64,000 bases of DNA from Balanoglossus misakiensis (GCA_040954595.2 CM082578.2:6929519-6993518), one strand, 5' to 3'. Positions 21,154 through 34,803 are shown, numbered from the stretch's first letter. Notes: a model not told the origin generated them from the sequence alone. A program made the numbers and translations.

Positions 21154-22063
21154 TCCTTTCTCTAAGAGTTGAACAATTGTATAGCCTAAAGGGAATTTAT
21201 ACAATGACGCTCTCGGGCAGTGAAACACCTGTGAAAGAAGAGATGTTGTCAGTATATCTGATCAGCCTTTACATTCATGATTATTTGCAATGTTATTTGA
21301 GGCTTTGGTTCGGGAATGTGACAGTGTGCATGATCATGTACATGTATGTGCATTTTTCGTCAGCTCTGAAATCCAAGACACATCTTCAACACCAAAACAG
21401 TCACCGTTAATTTCCTAATATAGACCATTCTCTGCAATATGAATGCATTGTGCCTGAAGAACGAGTGGGGACAGTATGTAAATGAACACAGGAAACTACC
21501 GGTACATACATATCACACAAACATGGGGTCAGATTTTAATGAGTTCCCCACTGAAAATTTGCATTCGCTCGGATTTCGAAATTAACTTTCTTCCGTGAGT
21601 CGAATGTCAAAATGCGGGTTAATTTCACCAATGCACGGGACCATGGTCTATGATGGTATCCTAGTAGCTGTGTTGTTATCTCCACGACTAGATACATGAA
21701 TGGGTACCGGTAGCTCTCAGCAGCTGACATTGGTTCGGTCTTGTGGGTCAAAAGTTACGTATATGCATTTAGCAAGCGTACGAAACATGGAAAGGATTGT
21801 CGAAATTGGCCCGTTCCGGTAAAGTCATTGAAACCCCCTCATTATATCGCCCGAACAAGAGATGCGATCTGCTTTTTTCTGGCGGTATAAGTTTATGTGC
21901 TTCTTTTATACTCGTTCACGAGTACATATGCTTCTACAGAGCGCCACCAAACACGTTGTCGAGTTGAACTCGTCTAGTCTAAATATTGCATATTACGGGA
22001 TAAATGTACGGTTAGGTGGAGTATTTCCGCGAGAATCGGAAATATTGTCACTCTTTCTGTCAA

Positions 22064-22327
22064 ACTTACCACTTACAGCGATGTAAAATGCGCGATATAC
22101 AGACGAATGCCGACTGTCAATCTCTCTCCCTAAACCAGCTTTGAACGTCGCACTACTCTGTCCTGAACGACGAACAGACAAATGTCAATCTGCACATGCT
22201 CAGATGTTATGTACTTCCGGGTTGAGTGAGTTGCACGTGTGGTGTATACACTAACACAGCCACAGGTCATTATGTTTTGAAACAGAGTGAATCCATGATA
22301 AACCATTCCATAAAAGCCACGGTAAGT
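22064..22327. promoter_or_regulatory. Putative bidirectional promoter for RBM17 and RPP14
   Basis: Minus-strand GTAAGT donors at 22064-22076, plus-strand GTAAGT donor at 22322, ETS motif ACTTCCGG at 22213-22220, NRF1-like TGCACATGCTCA at 22191; locally CpG-rich. Confidence 0.55.
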
Positions 22328-22617
22328 GAGGACATAGCCCTGCGTACAGGTGTGTGTGTTCGCGGCGTTACCACAGACCTGTACGTAGGGCTAGTTGGGA
22401 CAGTGCAATTTCAAAGGAATAACACAGGGAATTAGAAATCCTGTTGTTGTTGTTGATGATGATGATGATGATGATGATGATTTGTATTTGTCTGTCCATC
22501 TCATGTCTGTAGTATAACTTTCCGCTTGCAGGTCGGTGAACGAATTGTCCAACTCCAATGTTGAATTTGATGAACAAGTAACTACTGAAGTAATTTGCGT
22601 ATGACGTTAGCTGCCAG

Positions 22618-23654
22618 ATGGAGAGAGTGGTCTGTAAAGGAGGGGATGATTACTTCTACATGAAAACAACTTTGTAAGTAATTAATAGAAAACATATTAT
22701 CCAATTACGTTTTATCATATTGTTATTCTGTGTACAGTGTAGGGCTACTGGCTAGTGTGCCTGTGAATGACACGATTTTTGTTACCCTTTGGTAACCTTT
22801 CTATGATGTGTTCATTTGTAGGGAGTTTGCAGACGACAGCTTTCAGGTTGATGGCTTACTGTTCAAGGCGATCATCGTCAAGGCGTTGCTGTCAATGTAT
22901 GGTGAAGTCGGTGCAGCCACTGTAGTTGATGTGCTGAAATATGATGAAGATACCGGACGAGCCATTCTGAGAGTACAACAGAGGTAGTTCCTTTCTTTTT
23001 TGGACCTGGATCTTCAGCATAGTACTAATAAACATTCATTTAGCATGCACCCACTCAATAAAAGTTTTCTTTACAAACTTAAAGCTGTTGACAGAGAGCC
23101 TCTAATTGTTGACACAACTGCATGCCTCTTATTCTGCACATGCTAATTTCTGCTGTCAATTCTTTTGTTTCCACCCCAGTGGATTTGGAAAGCTATGGAG
23201 TGCGCTGACACTGTATTGTAAATACGGCCAACAAGAATGTGCATTTCGAATCAAACAGGTGAGAGGGAGTTGAATCATTGATTTGACTGCAGCCACCGTG
23301 GCCATCTACTGGCCAAGGACTGTGGGAGCACACCTTGCTTGGTGTTGCAGGCAAATTACCCTGTTTACAGTACTACAAACAACATGAACTGTGTGACAGA
23401 AGAATTTTGTTTGAATTTTTTCCGTATTAAGCACAGCGCCACCAGTGGCAAAGTTGGGGTACCTTTTGTTTATTGGTAATGGCTCATACAAAGTTCTGAG
23501 CGAAGAGGAAGGGGTTCGGCACAAAAAAAGTTGCATATTTCATGTAGAACGTCATTGCAAGTATTCTACTTGAACGTCTTAAAAAACTTCTTCACAGGTA
23601 TCTTCATGTCTTATGGCTCTGGCAGTGAACAGCCGGGAAGACCAATATGAATGA
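22618..23654 (+). CDS. RPP14: Ribonuclease P protein subunit p14 (Rpp14/Pop5 family); missed by the ORF track
   Basis: Exons 22618-22673 (MERVVCKGGDDYFYMKTTL), 22822-22983 (EFADD...ALLSMYGEVGAATVVDVLKYDE...AILRV), 23180-23258 (GFGKLWSALTLY...CAFRIKQ), 23598-23654 (VSSCLMALAVNSREDQYE*). Motifs resemble RPP14 as recalled (YERVV, LYGEVGAA, KLWSSLTL, LALSGNSRE). Confidence 0.9.
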
Positions 23655-24116
23655 AGTTCTACTAGCACTGCAGCTAAAACGGGCAGTCATATGATAACAT
23701 GTACCGGACATTTCATTTGAAGATTCCTGTGACATCCACGGTGCATTTACAGGCAACAGCCAGCTTTGCTAGTTGAACACCGAGGCCCGATCTAAAGACA
23801 GGATACTTTTGACACTGTTGGATCATGCAGATGACTTGAACAGGTTTTGATGGAAAGCCTGGTTTTGTATCACAGTATGAAAACACTGACGTCAGTGGAA
23901 GTCCAGAAATTTCTCGGTATCTAAAATGCCAAACTGAACAATCTTGGCTGCCATCATCGATGACAATTCTGTACTTCATGATAAGTCATTTAGGGTTTAT
24001 CGTGAACTGTTCAAGAAGTCAACAAGAAGTGTATGAGAAATGTGACAATGAACTGAATAAATGTCCAAACAAAATTTATTTATTATTGCCCACTGTTATC
24101 AGAAACAGGTCAAAGG

Positions 24117-25646
24117 TCAGACTTTAGTTTCCGAATCGTACATGTCAATAAGGTTCTCTATGATAGAATGGATGTCCTCTTCTCGCATGTCTTCACAGAA
24201 TACCTGCAAAAAATGACCAAGGAAAGAAATGTCAACTTTGTTATTGACAAAACACACTTATTTCATACCTGAACTACTTGTACGACTTTCAAACCATTTC
24301 TATTGCGAGTTATTTTTTTACGAAAGAATAAAACCTTAGAATTCACAGTTATAGCTCAATGTGTTTCATTATACCCTAAATTTCTGCACAGTTGCATTGT
24401 ATTGGGCTATGCAACACAATGCAGAACTGATAGTTGTGCCTTTAAAAAAAGTATTCTTCAAACTAGAGAAAGGTTCTAAAATCATTTGGGGTTTACAGTA
24501 CTTGTGGCCTATTGAATTGCATCATAGACCCTTGGGAGAAACATTTTCTCACAGGCCTATGAGGTATACCGGGGTATATCATTTGTTCATTACCTGCCAC
24601 CATTTTTTCTTTGCTGTTTTGTTTTGTGGAATTCCCACACCGTAACACTGCAATGCGAAGTACAACACCGAAACGGCCATTTGCTGCGGTTTCATATGAA
24701 GACACGCGTCGCTATGGTAACTGTCTCTCAAGAATGCCCAAGCTGTGTTGCAAATTGGCGTCTGGTGCCACACATCGGGATCCAGCCAGTCTTGCACCGA
24801 TTTCATGTAGTGTAGCAGGTACTTGTGGGGAAGTTCGAATGCTATCTGGAATTTCAGAACTCTCAAGATGAGCAGTTCACAGTTGGTAATGCTTTCCCGC
24901 AGCTCCCAGTAAGTGCCGTCGATCTCCAAGGGAGGTCTGTCCTTGTGTAAAGTTCTACGGGGAAAGAGTTACAGAGATCAGTACAAATAAAGGTACATGT
25001 ACTATGGACTGGAGTTGATGCTTAAAAGGAAAGTATAAGACTAAAATTGCTATAGCTATTCTCAGACTTCGCTGAGCTTAATTTGTGGGGGCACCTTTAA
25101 GGTATACAGTCACCTTCAATGTTCATACTTCCATATGTGGCTGAAATGGAGTATTTGAGCGTTCTAAAGAACATATGGTGGCGCTCTTTTTTTCTCATGT
25201 GCCACCCACTGAAAAAAATGTGATTGGCTCAATTTTCCATGGTAACTATAGCTAATTTCCCATTGATGACCGTATACCTTTAATATTATATGCAACTTTT
25301 TCACCCCAGAGAAATGGGCGGGTAATTGGCAGGAAATTATGATTATTGATTGCACTTGCCTATAGCACACATTGATGATGTCCCTGAGTCTAACCTGTTG
25401 TTCACACACTTTTGTAGCCAGATAAATAGCAGACGCTGCTATCATGTAAGGATCATACTCTTCGAGTTTGCATTCTCTGAAGAATCGGTGATAAATCACG
25501 CACGCAGTTGCTATGGGAACGGACTCCAGGTGAAGTTTGATACCTGTCTCCAACATGTATGTGATAACTTTGAAGCTGGCTCTCTTGTCTGGCGGTGTAT
25601 TGTCAGTAGAGGAACAAGCCCGATCTGCGCCTTCCTTGTCTTCCAT
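24117..25646 (-). CDS. CCNQ: Cyclin-Q / cyclin M (FAM58), CDK10 partner
   Basis: Exons 25646-25360 (ETGIKLHL..PIATACVIYHRFF..YDPYMIAASAIYLATKVCEQQVRLRDIINV; GC donor), 24954-24594 (YWELRESITNCELLILRVLKFQIAFELPHKYLLHY...WAFLRDSYH...KWWQ), 24203-24117 (VFCEDM...TGA). Confidence 0.93.
25100..25279 (+). mobile_element. MITE family C (TTAA-flanked, AGGTAT...ATACCT ends; Kolobok/T2-like) in CCNQ intron 1
   Basis: ttaaggtatacagtca ... tgaccgtatacctttaa; related copies at 55783-55944 (inverted), about 27770-27860 and about 18188-18312. Confidence 0.7.
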
Positions 25647-26149
25647 AGCAAATTGACCAAACTGTGACGCTGGGTCAAATCAGCGCCAACTTTTATCGCC
25701 GATCGGTCACGATGACTCTCAACATTGCCAAGGTGTTTCTCGTTCGTTCACACTCGGTCTGTACCGTGGGAACGTCGGGCGTTCCGAACTGCTGCTCACT
25801 TTTCTGTCGCAATGTTGTCCCTCGAGTCTCCTCCTTCCCCACCAAAATCCTTTATGGTTTTGATGCTCTGGTATGCTCGGTTCAGCCGGCCACAGTGGTC
25901 CAGTCTCTCCTCGGATCACAAACACATGGCAGAAGATGAAATAAACACGGAAGTCTTCTCCGCGATTATGAAACCGAGGCTTCTCACTGAGCATGCGTAG
26001 ACAAGTGACCGCCATACTTGAAAACAGGTTCAAAGTTTGTTGATGTGATCGTCGATCGCAGTGTGTTGTTATTGACAGAACCGAAGAAATTGCAGAAACT
26101 CACGAACCCGCAGTGATTTTTCATATCAGAGCGTCCAGACAACGCGAAG
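25647..26149. promoter_or_regulatory. Putative bidirectional promoter for CCNQ and POC1
   Basis: Divergent start codons about 500 bp apart; CpG-rich; NRF1-like TGAGCATGCGTA at 25988; YY1-like AAGATGGCC overlapping the POC1 ATG. Confidence 0.6.
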
Positions 26150-29100
26150 ATGGCCACAGTTCTGGTAGGTGTTAAGATTAATCCATAGAACACTTTACGT
26201 GTGTATATTTTGGTCAAAACTTGTCATTCAATATTCCTGTCCCTACATGTCACAACCCGATCGTGTGGTTCATCGTTATTTCAATAAGCCCTTTTACTTC
26301 AAGACTTGACTGCGTCCGAATAACGGAACTTTCCAGTTTGCTGTTTTACCAGCCATACTATTTCTACTATGGTAAGTTGACTAATAATGGACTATCAGAT
26401 TTGTTGATGTACATTCCGTTTGCGAACTCACACTCAATCTTTCCATGAACTGTTTCGACTTTGAGTTCGCAAAGTTGCAGGTAAGGTGCCTGACATGTCA
26501 TTGCCACACCAAAATTCAAGCATTGTGTCTTTCTAACATGGTGTTGCATGGTGGCATTGTTTCAAGACGGTTACTTTGCAAGCCTTGTCGAGATTAAAAG
26601 GAGGAAATCATATTTCGTTTTCCTAGTGTTGTATCTGTTTTATGTAAAATTTAAAACTTTTTTTGAGATAGATTATAAAGGAAAATGTTGCCAGTGGGAC
26701 AATGACAGCAAGAGCACTCAACATTCTTTCTTTCTTGTATTCATATAAAGGAGGACCCAACTTTGGAAAGGCATTTCAAAGGCCACAGAGACACTGTGAC
26801 TAGTGTTGATTTCAACCCCAACATGAAACAGCTAGGTGGGTATAAAAGTTTCCTTTTTGTGATATTGAACAACTTTCTACTGGTATATGTACTTTACTAC
26901 ATGTATTATACAATACAGATGTTAGGATCCCCTGGTTGAATATTGTGTTGATGTAATGTGGATGACTGACATTCGGAAGTTATTGAATTTGAATTGAAGT
27001 TTTCTCTGTACATATGTGCAGCATACCATTAAAATAATAGGGTGATACCAAATGTGGTGTGGAAAGGGTTAGATGCTCATAATCTAGTCACTGTGAATAA
27101 ATTAGTAATAAATGTGCAGCACTAACACAAGTTCTGTTTCGACTCATAGCTTCTGGTGCCATGGATTCCAACCTAATGGTGTGGAACTTCAAACCACAGA
27201 TGAGAGCGTACCGTTTTGTAGGACACAAGGTAAAATCTCTGCACAGGTTATGTTGGTTAGCACTTTCATGTCCAATTCTCAGTGAAACCATCACTGTCAC
27301 GTATTACGGTATCATATTCATGATCTTGTCCAAGTAGTATGTCAAACTTCACCTGCACTGTCTGAAAAGGCAATACCAATCCTGAATGATTCAAATCGCA
27401 AGTTTCGTCAATTTTCTTTGAATGAGAAAGAATGCAGGCTCATGCAGATTAACAGAGACACATATACAAATTACACAGCTTTATTCTCAGGCTTCTCAGC
27501 TCCAATGAATATATACACAAAATTTCAAACAAATTTCAGAATTAAAATACATGTATGTACACATTGTAAATATTGCAGTATTTACATTAACTTGTGTTTT
27601 TTCTTTGCAGGACGCTATAATGGGTGTCCACTTCTCTCCATCAGGCCATCTTGTGGCGTCAGCATCCAGAGACAAAACTGTCCGACTTTGGATTCCCAGT
27701 GTGTAAGTGTTTGTCAGTTTTGAAGTCACTGCTGCCCACACCAGTTTATTATGATTGGGCGTACATGTATATGAGTGTTCTAAAGAACATATGGTGGACT
27801 GGTGCTCTTTTTTTCGCGTGTGTCACCCACTGAAACTCTGTGATTGGCTAGATCTCAATTGACATGATTTATAAAATATTTCAGGAAAGGAGAAAGCACA
27901 GTTTTTAAAGCACACACAGCAACTGTCAGAAGTGTAGAATTCTCACCAGATGGCCAACATTTAGTGACAGCGTCTGATGATAAATCTGTTAAGGTGAGTA
28001 GTAAACGATTAGGTGGACACAGGACATAGTTCATCACCAACACGGTTCCCAATGGGTAGTCTGCTCAGGTGAAACTAGTATTTTTATGGCTGCCTCTACT
28101 ATCAAACTACTAAATCTTTTCTGATTATAAATTTGTCTAATCAGTGTTCATAGTATGGCACCTCTTTGATGTGAACTTGTTACATGCGCCTCTGATTTTC
28201 AGCAGGAAAAAGTGACAGGGTAAATTTCTCATTGTGATAGCGGTAATAATGAAGTAAGTTTTACCACTTCTATATACATAGGTATGGACGGTACATAGAC
28301 AGAGGTTTCAGTTCTCCCTGAATCAGCACCAGAACTGGGTTCGTTGCGCCAAGTGGTCACCGGACGGCCGGCTCATCGTGTCAGGCAGCGACGACAAAAC
28401 AGTCAAGATATGGGACAGAACCAGCAAAGAATGTGTCCATACGTTCTTTGAGCATGGAGGGTGAGTGCTTAGTCTTTGCTGGTGAATTTAGACTCCAATC
28501 ATTGTGTGAGTTACTTTCACAGCCCATGCTTTTCTGTGGAAATGTTTGTATTTCTTTACTTCTGTATTTTCATACATCACGTATTGAGAAGCAACATACA
28601 ATACACAAAATCCATACTTAAATGTAGTTAAAGGGCTGCTATCTGTAGTCTATGGCTATTTTTTTCAGTATTTTTCCTTTGTGTATCATTTAGATTTTCG
28701 TGTTCTCCCTATAGTATCCCAACATGGCCAGTTTTTTTTTAAATTTTAAACCATCATGTTGAATGAAAAAAATACAAAAAGATACGGCTAGTGAGACTGG
28801 ATTTGTAATTTTCTGCATACAGATTCGTGAATTACGTGGCATTTCACCCAAGTGGTACGTGCATCGCTGCAGCCGGCACAGACAGCACTGTCAAAGTCTG
28901 GGATATCAGGATGAACAAACTCCTGCAGCACTACCAAGGTGAGACACAGTCCAAAATCTTTCTGAGTGGATATCAGGGGAAAATTCCTCGCTATAAAAGA
29001 AGTAAATAATCTTTTGACATCAGGAAATGGATTAATATCCAGGTTCATCCAATGTGTTTTGTGAATAAGGGTGACGATTAAAAAAACCCAAATAACATAA

Positions 29101-32100
29101 GAAAGCCGCTCTGATAAGTTGGAACCACAGTGTGTTGACATCCCATTTGTGTTTCCGTTTCATCAAACAGCTCACACAAGTGCCGTGAACGGCCTATCAT
29201 TCCATCCCAGTGGCAACTACCTCATCACAGCGTCAAACGACTCCACTTTGAAAATACTCGACCTCTTAGAAGGAAGGTTGTTCTATACCCTGCATGGTCA
29301 CCAGGTAGGTGTCAAAACTTTTGAGATCTTTCTTAGTTGACATGTATTTTCCCTGATAGCCCTTTCACCCCCATTTTGCTGTATGTCGATGCAACCAAAT
29401 ACTAATTTATCCTTACCTTTTTGTACCCTTATTGGAAACAGCGCCCTCTCTTGACAGCTTGAAAAATACATGAAAATTGTTGGTGTCATTTTCTTAATTT
29501 TTGGTCAAACGTTATTTTTTTGTTACAAATAGGGCCCCGCCACTGCCGTTGCATTTTCTAGAGCTGGTGATTACTTTGCTTCAGGAGGTTCAGATGAACA
29601 GGTGAGTGAGTTCTCTTCCAGCTTCTGTCGGGGACAAAAATTATCACAATATTGTTGTATTTCTTTCTATTTCACACAAGTATTGGAGATTGCAGTGTAA
29701 CCTGTAAGTGAATTACAAGCACAGCTACATTTTGCATTCAAATTATTATATGCATGGTGACACAAAGTGTTTGCATTTGAAAGCAGTCCTGCTTTAAGTT
29801 ACCAGTAGCTGTTCTCAGCACCAGCTTTGGCAGTGACATGATTGACCCATCATCATGCTCGCCCAGTCTGACCTTATAGGGCGTAATTTGCCCAAGAAGT
29901 TAGAGTCTGTCAAAAATAATATAATATTTCTTACGACAGAGCCAGAACTCAGGTTTGGCCAGACTGTGAGATGAGAAATCAAAGCCTTAAAGGGGAAATC
30001 CGTTGTAGCTGATTTCTACATAATTTGGTAGCTTTGATGTCACTCTTTCAGAAAAAAACATATTCGCCATGTATAGGTCGCGCGATTTTTTACAAAATCT
30101 AGGGAAAGTTGGCAGAATTTCCAATATGGCGTTTACTGTAATTTGAATCATGGGAAAAAAAGCGCCAGGACCAACTTCCGCCCACCATGGTGTGGGTGAT
30201 ACCATTCTCCGATAGGTGTCACTGGGCGACAGACTAGGCGTATTTTCATAGCTATTGTTTGTTCTTTGCATCAGTTGATAAACAATCATCAGCAAAGTCG
30301 AAAATTTGTCATCTATTGACAGTTTTCATGAGCTATAACCCATCGAAAATATGCAAATACGCTTAGCTTGTGACGCAGTGACACCAATCGGAAAATGGTA
30401 TCACCCACACTAAGGTGGGCGGAAGTTGGTCCTGGCGCTTTTTTTCCCATGATTCAAATTACAGTAAACGCCATATTGGAACTTTCTCTAGATTTTGTAA
30501 AAAATCGCGCGACCTATACATGGCGAATATGTTTTTTTCTGAAAGAGTGACATCAAAGCTACCAAATTATGTAGAAATCAGCTACGACGGATTTCCCCTT
30601 TAACCTAAAGAAGAGCCATGTAAAAGTTTTTTAAAGCAAACTACAAGATAAAATGTCATACTTTTGAGTTACTGAAAGGATCTAAAATTGAAGCCATATA
30701 TTATACAGACAAGAAATACATTGTCCATATAAACTTTGCTGGAACTAAGAATTAAGTGTTCTTATTTTTTTTGAAGGTGATGGTCTGGAAGACTAACTTT
30801 GATCAGATTGACTACAACGAAGTTCTCCAATCGCACAAACTTCGGACTTTAGATGAACCCAGGCCTCACATACACGACATTCATCCACGATCGCCTCAGC
30901 ACAGACCACATACACACACATCAGCACCACAGGTACGGACTTCAGTTATGTCATTAAATTTTTGTTCAAGATTTCATATCGATGACTTGTTCCATGCCAA
31001 GAAGGGTACATAGTGCATCCACATTGGTTGTTTTGAACTAACAGATTGACTTGAACCAGCCTATGCACAACACATTGTGGATCTTATACATTTACATCAC
31101 TGGTCCTTTAATCTAGAGTCCTAAAATGTGTACCCAAACTGCACATCTTCCCTGTCAGTGTAATCAACAGCGCCCTCGGGCATCATACAATTGAAATGTT
31201 TTACTGTTGACCCTTGACATTTGTGTGAGATGAAGATTGCTGAATATCAGTACATGTACATGTATTTCACTCATAGCATTGGCAGTACGGAAATCATTGA
31301 TCCGTTTTGTGATGTTGAATTATGAGGTTTTGTTTGAGTCCTGAACAGTCATTTCAGTCACTGCAGATACTCTCAATTTTCACTTATAAAAATTTCTTTG
31401 GGCAGCACTGTCTATGACTGGCCATGGGTAAAAGGCAACATGTTTTTATAAGCCATGTGAACCATCAACGCATACACCATACAAGAACCCATTCAAATGA
31501 AATCAAAAAAGAATTTGAAAACAATTTTTGAAGTGTTATTGCAAAACCACACTCAATTTCTCCGTGCGGCCTTGCATAACTTTTCCATGAAAATGTGCCC
31601 ACTCAGATTGGGAATGCCAAGGTCAGAGAAATGTCGGTGACTGATGGAAAAGTTTTGACGATCTTTTTCAGGTGGATGCAAGAATGGAGCCACGCAACAT
31701 GTCGGCACCCCCACCTCACGTCACAAACGTTGGTCCAGCCATGTTTGCACAGCCACAGGTACGAGGGGGGGATCACTCTTTCTCCCGGGGCACTTGTTTA
31801 TCTGGCTACCAGTTTCAATTGTTAAAAACCCTGGTCTGCCTGTAAAAGTTGAAGTCCTCTGCAAGTTGAGACGTGTTGCCGGTTGCATTCTGATTGTCTC
31901 GCCGTTGCTCCGTCTTAAACCTTTATTGCAGCATTCACTACTGAGACACATAAGAGAGCATTTAAATTCAACACAGTCAAATTAGCGAACATGAGTTTCA
32001 TTCTCAGGTTCATAACAATCTTTTTCATACCTGTCCACTAAGATCTGTGTTCGTTCATTATAGTACTTCAAGGCCACATGAATGTTGTGGGCATGAATAA

Positions 32101-34646
32101 TTATAGTAATGCTGTAGGTAGACATACTGCCTATCCTGTTTTTGAAAAAAAATATGGCTTCTCAATGTAAAAGATAAAGAGATGAAACCGGCAGCGCGAT
32201 GACTGACAAAGTACCGGCTGCGTCCATCATCACATCCTCTGCTCCTTCACAATGGGTGGTCGCACCAGTTGCCAAGATACTGTGAAGAGCGCCCTCATAG
32301 GGTAGTTATTCTGAGAATGTGTTATTACTTGGTCGGATGGTTCACAACCCCTGAAGTAATTGAAGGGTGAATGAACAGGAATGTCAGAAGGGGGGTAGGG
32401 GGGGGCATGTCTGGCAGAGTTCAGCGAATAGGATGAATTTTAACAACATGGAGATTAAAATGACCTTGAGGGCTGGGTAAGGTCAATGGGATCCTGCTCC
32501 AACTGACCGTCCTCTCAATTGCATGGCCCAATGGCCCAATTCCCCCCCCCCCCCCATTTGTTCCCAATTGTGTCTACACAGGAAATATTTAATTGATAAG
32601 ATACACTGGCCATTTGTCTTCTTATCAGGTGAATGGCTCCGGCAGGACAGGTCTGCACGACCTGGAGATGTCCTCGGCCGATATCGACAAGCGAGACATG
32701 TCAGAGGCCCAGCAACACGGTCACTCGGCCCCCAGCACAGTGCCTTTGGAGGAGCGCAATATCCCGACGCAGCTGTCCCGAACGCTGGAGCAGATTGTCG
32801 GCCAACTTGACGTCATAACACAGGTAGCGACCCTGGAACAATTTCAACTCTATTAAAAAAAAAACACTCCTCCACCCTTGTATTATCTTTCCAATCTTCT
32901 CTTACCCATTGCACCAGACTGAAATAAAAAAAATGCACTTTTCATTCAATTAACTGTTAATTGACTCATCCACCCATCTGGTTTATCGGCCAATTTCCTG
33001 TCCACTCACCAAAAGAATTTCGCTCCTACTTGAATGAATTAATAAATAACTCCCTGCATATCTGTCTCCTTATTCAGTGCACCCCAGAATGCACAGGGAG
33101 AGTGGTATGTTGTTTGGCTCTTTCACTAACAAATTGTAAATCTTCCAATACTAGTTGTTTTGGATGGTGTACAAATGGTGCTATGTCCTCTATCGTGTAC
33201 TTGAAATATTTTGCAAGCAGAGTATAAACATTTTAAGAGAAAGCTTAGCTGATAAAAAAAGATATACCAAAATTTTGTGCAGCCTTCTTGAGCCAAGATA
33301 TTTATCCTCAGAACATTTCATTTGTTGTATTTTCCAAGATTCTACAATTTATCACAAATTTTCTTTCATAATTGGACTTTGTATCAGTTGTAAATCAGGA
33401 TATGTTCATTATGGGCATGTCTTCCTAGTTTGTTGTTTTGTTTTTGTTGTTGTTGTAATGTTACATGATTTGCTGGGATTCTTCCCCTACATGTAACGTG
33501 AACCAACAACTTGGCTGCAGATAATCACCGCTGGTATTTTTATTAGCATTTGGCCTGGAGAGGTATTGTGGGATTTTCTGTGGCACAGGCTTGCGAAATC
33601 CGACCTATTTCCGCGAGTGCATTGCATACGTGTGTATCGGCGCACTTCGTCTGTGTGGTTTGGAATGCGCCCAACATATCTGAGAAATGTTGAGTGGAGG
33701 CTGCGATGGCCCCAGTCACCCGTTTGGGTCACCTCACCTCGTCCATGGTTTCTTACGAGCAGTCATTAGTCGTCCCAGTAGCAGTGTGTGGGAGTGGCTG
33801 GCAGTCAACGAGATGTCCACACTCATTCAACCGGCTGACATTTCCCCCTTCCTGACCCAACCTAGCTCTATATTTAGCCACCAGTATCCAATAATTTATT
33901 TCGTCTCAGCTCCACTCTAAAGTGGAAAAAAACCCTGATCCATAAACCTTTTCTCTTTATATTAGCCGTTACCTCTGAATTGAGAGGGAGGCATTTCTAC
34001 TGTCTTCATAAAAGTGTAGCAAAATTTGCTTATACCCCTTTTTCGATGAATCACAAATTTTGTATTTCTGTTTTGTTGACATTCACCGAACAATAATACC
34101 AGTTGCTAGCACATTTCAGACATCGCCTTTGTAATCATACACTGAATTCCGGTTGACATTTCCTGTTCAGATTTAAATAGTAGAAAAAATAAACTAACAA
34201 AAATCAACCAAGTATTTTCACAAGATAATTTATGGTTTCTTGTTTCTTTACAAGTGTGAGATGCAGTAGACATGATCACAAATGATAACATTACATCCTG
34301 GTCAGTGCATTAAAGCTCGTTTAACTTCAGTCTTGGCAATCTGATTAAAATCAGATGTAGGGTACGGCAACGTCTTTTACTTACACAGTATGCTATTCAC
34401 AGTGTGAGGTGACAGTGTATGATACCGTACCTGTAAGTGAAAGACGTCGCCGTACCTATATCCCATTTTAATCAGATTGAAGTATTGGTAATTTATGCGG
34501 TATTTTTGTTCTACACATACACTAGATATTCTTGTTTGACTCTCCAAAGCATGATGAAATGCCTACTAGTACAGTAGACACACAGCCCATATTTTTAGTC
34601 AGGGCAAGTGGGGACTATGTCATCGACAGTGACTTGCTGTAGTTGC

Positions 34647-34677
<31 letters not shown>

Positions 34678-34803
34678 GAATATTGAAATAGCAGCCAGGA
34701 AAATGGTCATTCCGCATGCGAGCTATGTTGACAAACAGACTGGAGGGCAGTTCAGGATTTTGTTGGAAGGAGAAGAATTTAGTCGGCACATTACTGGCAA
34801 TAA

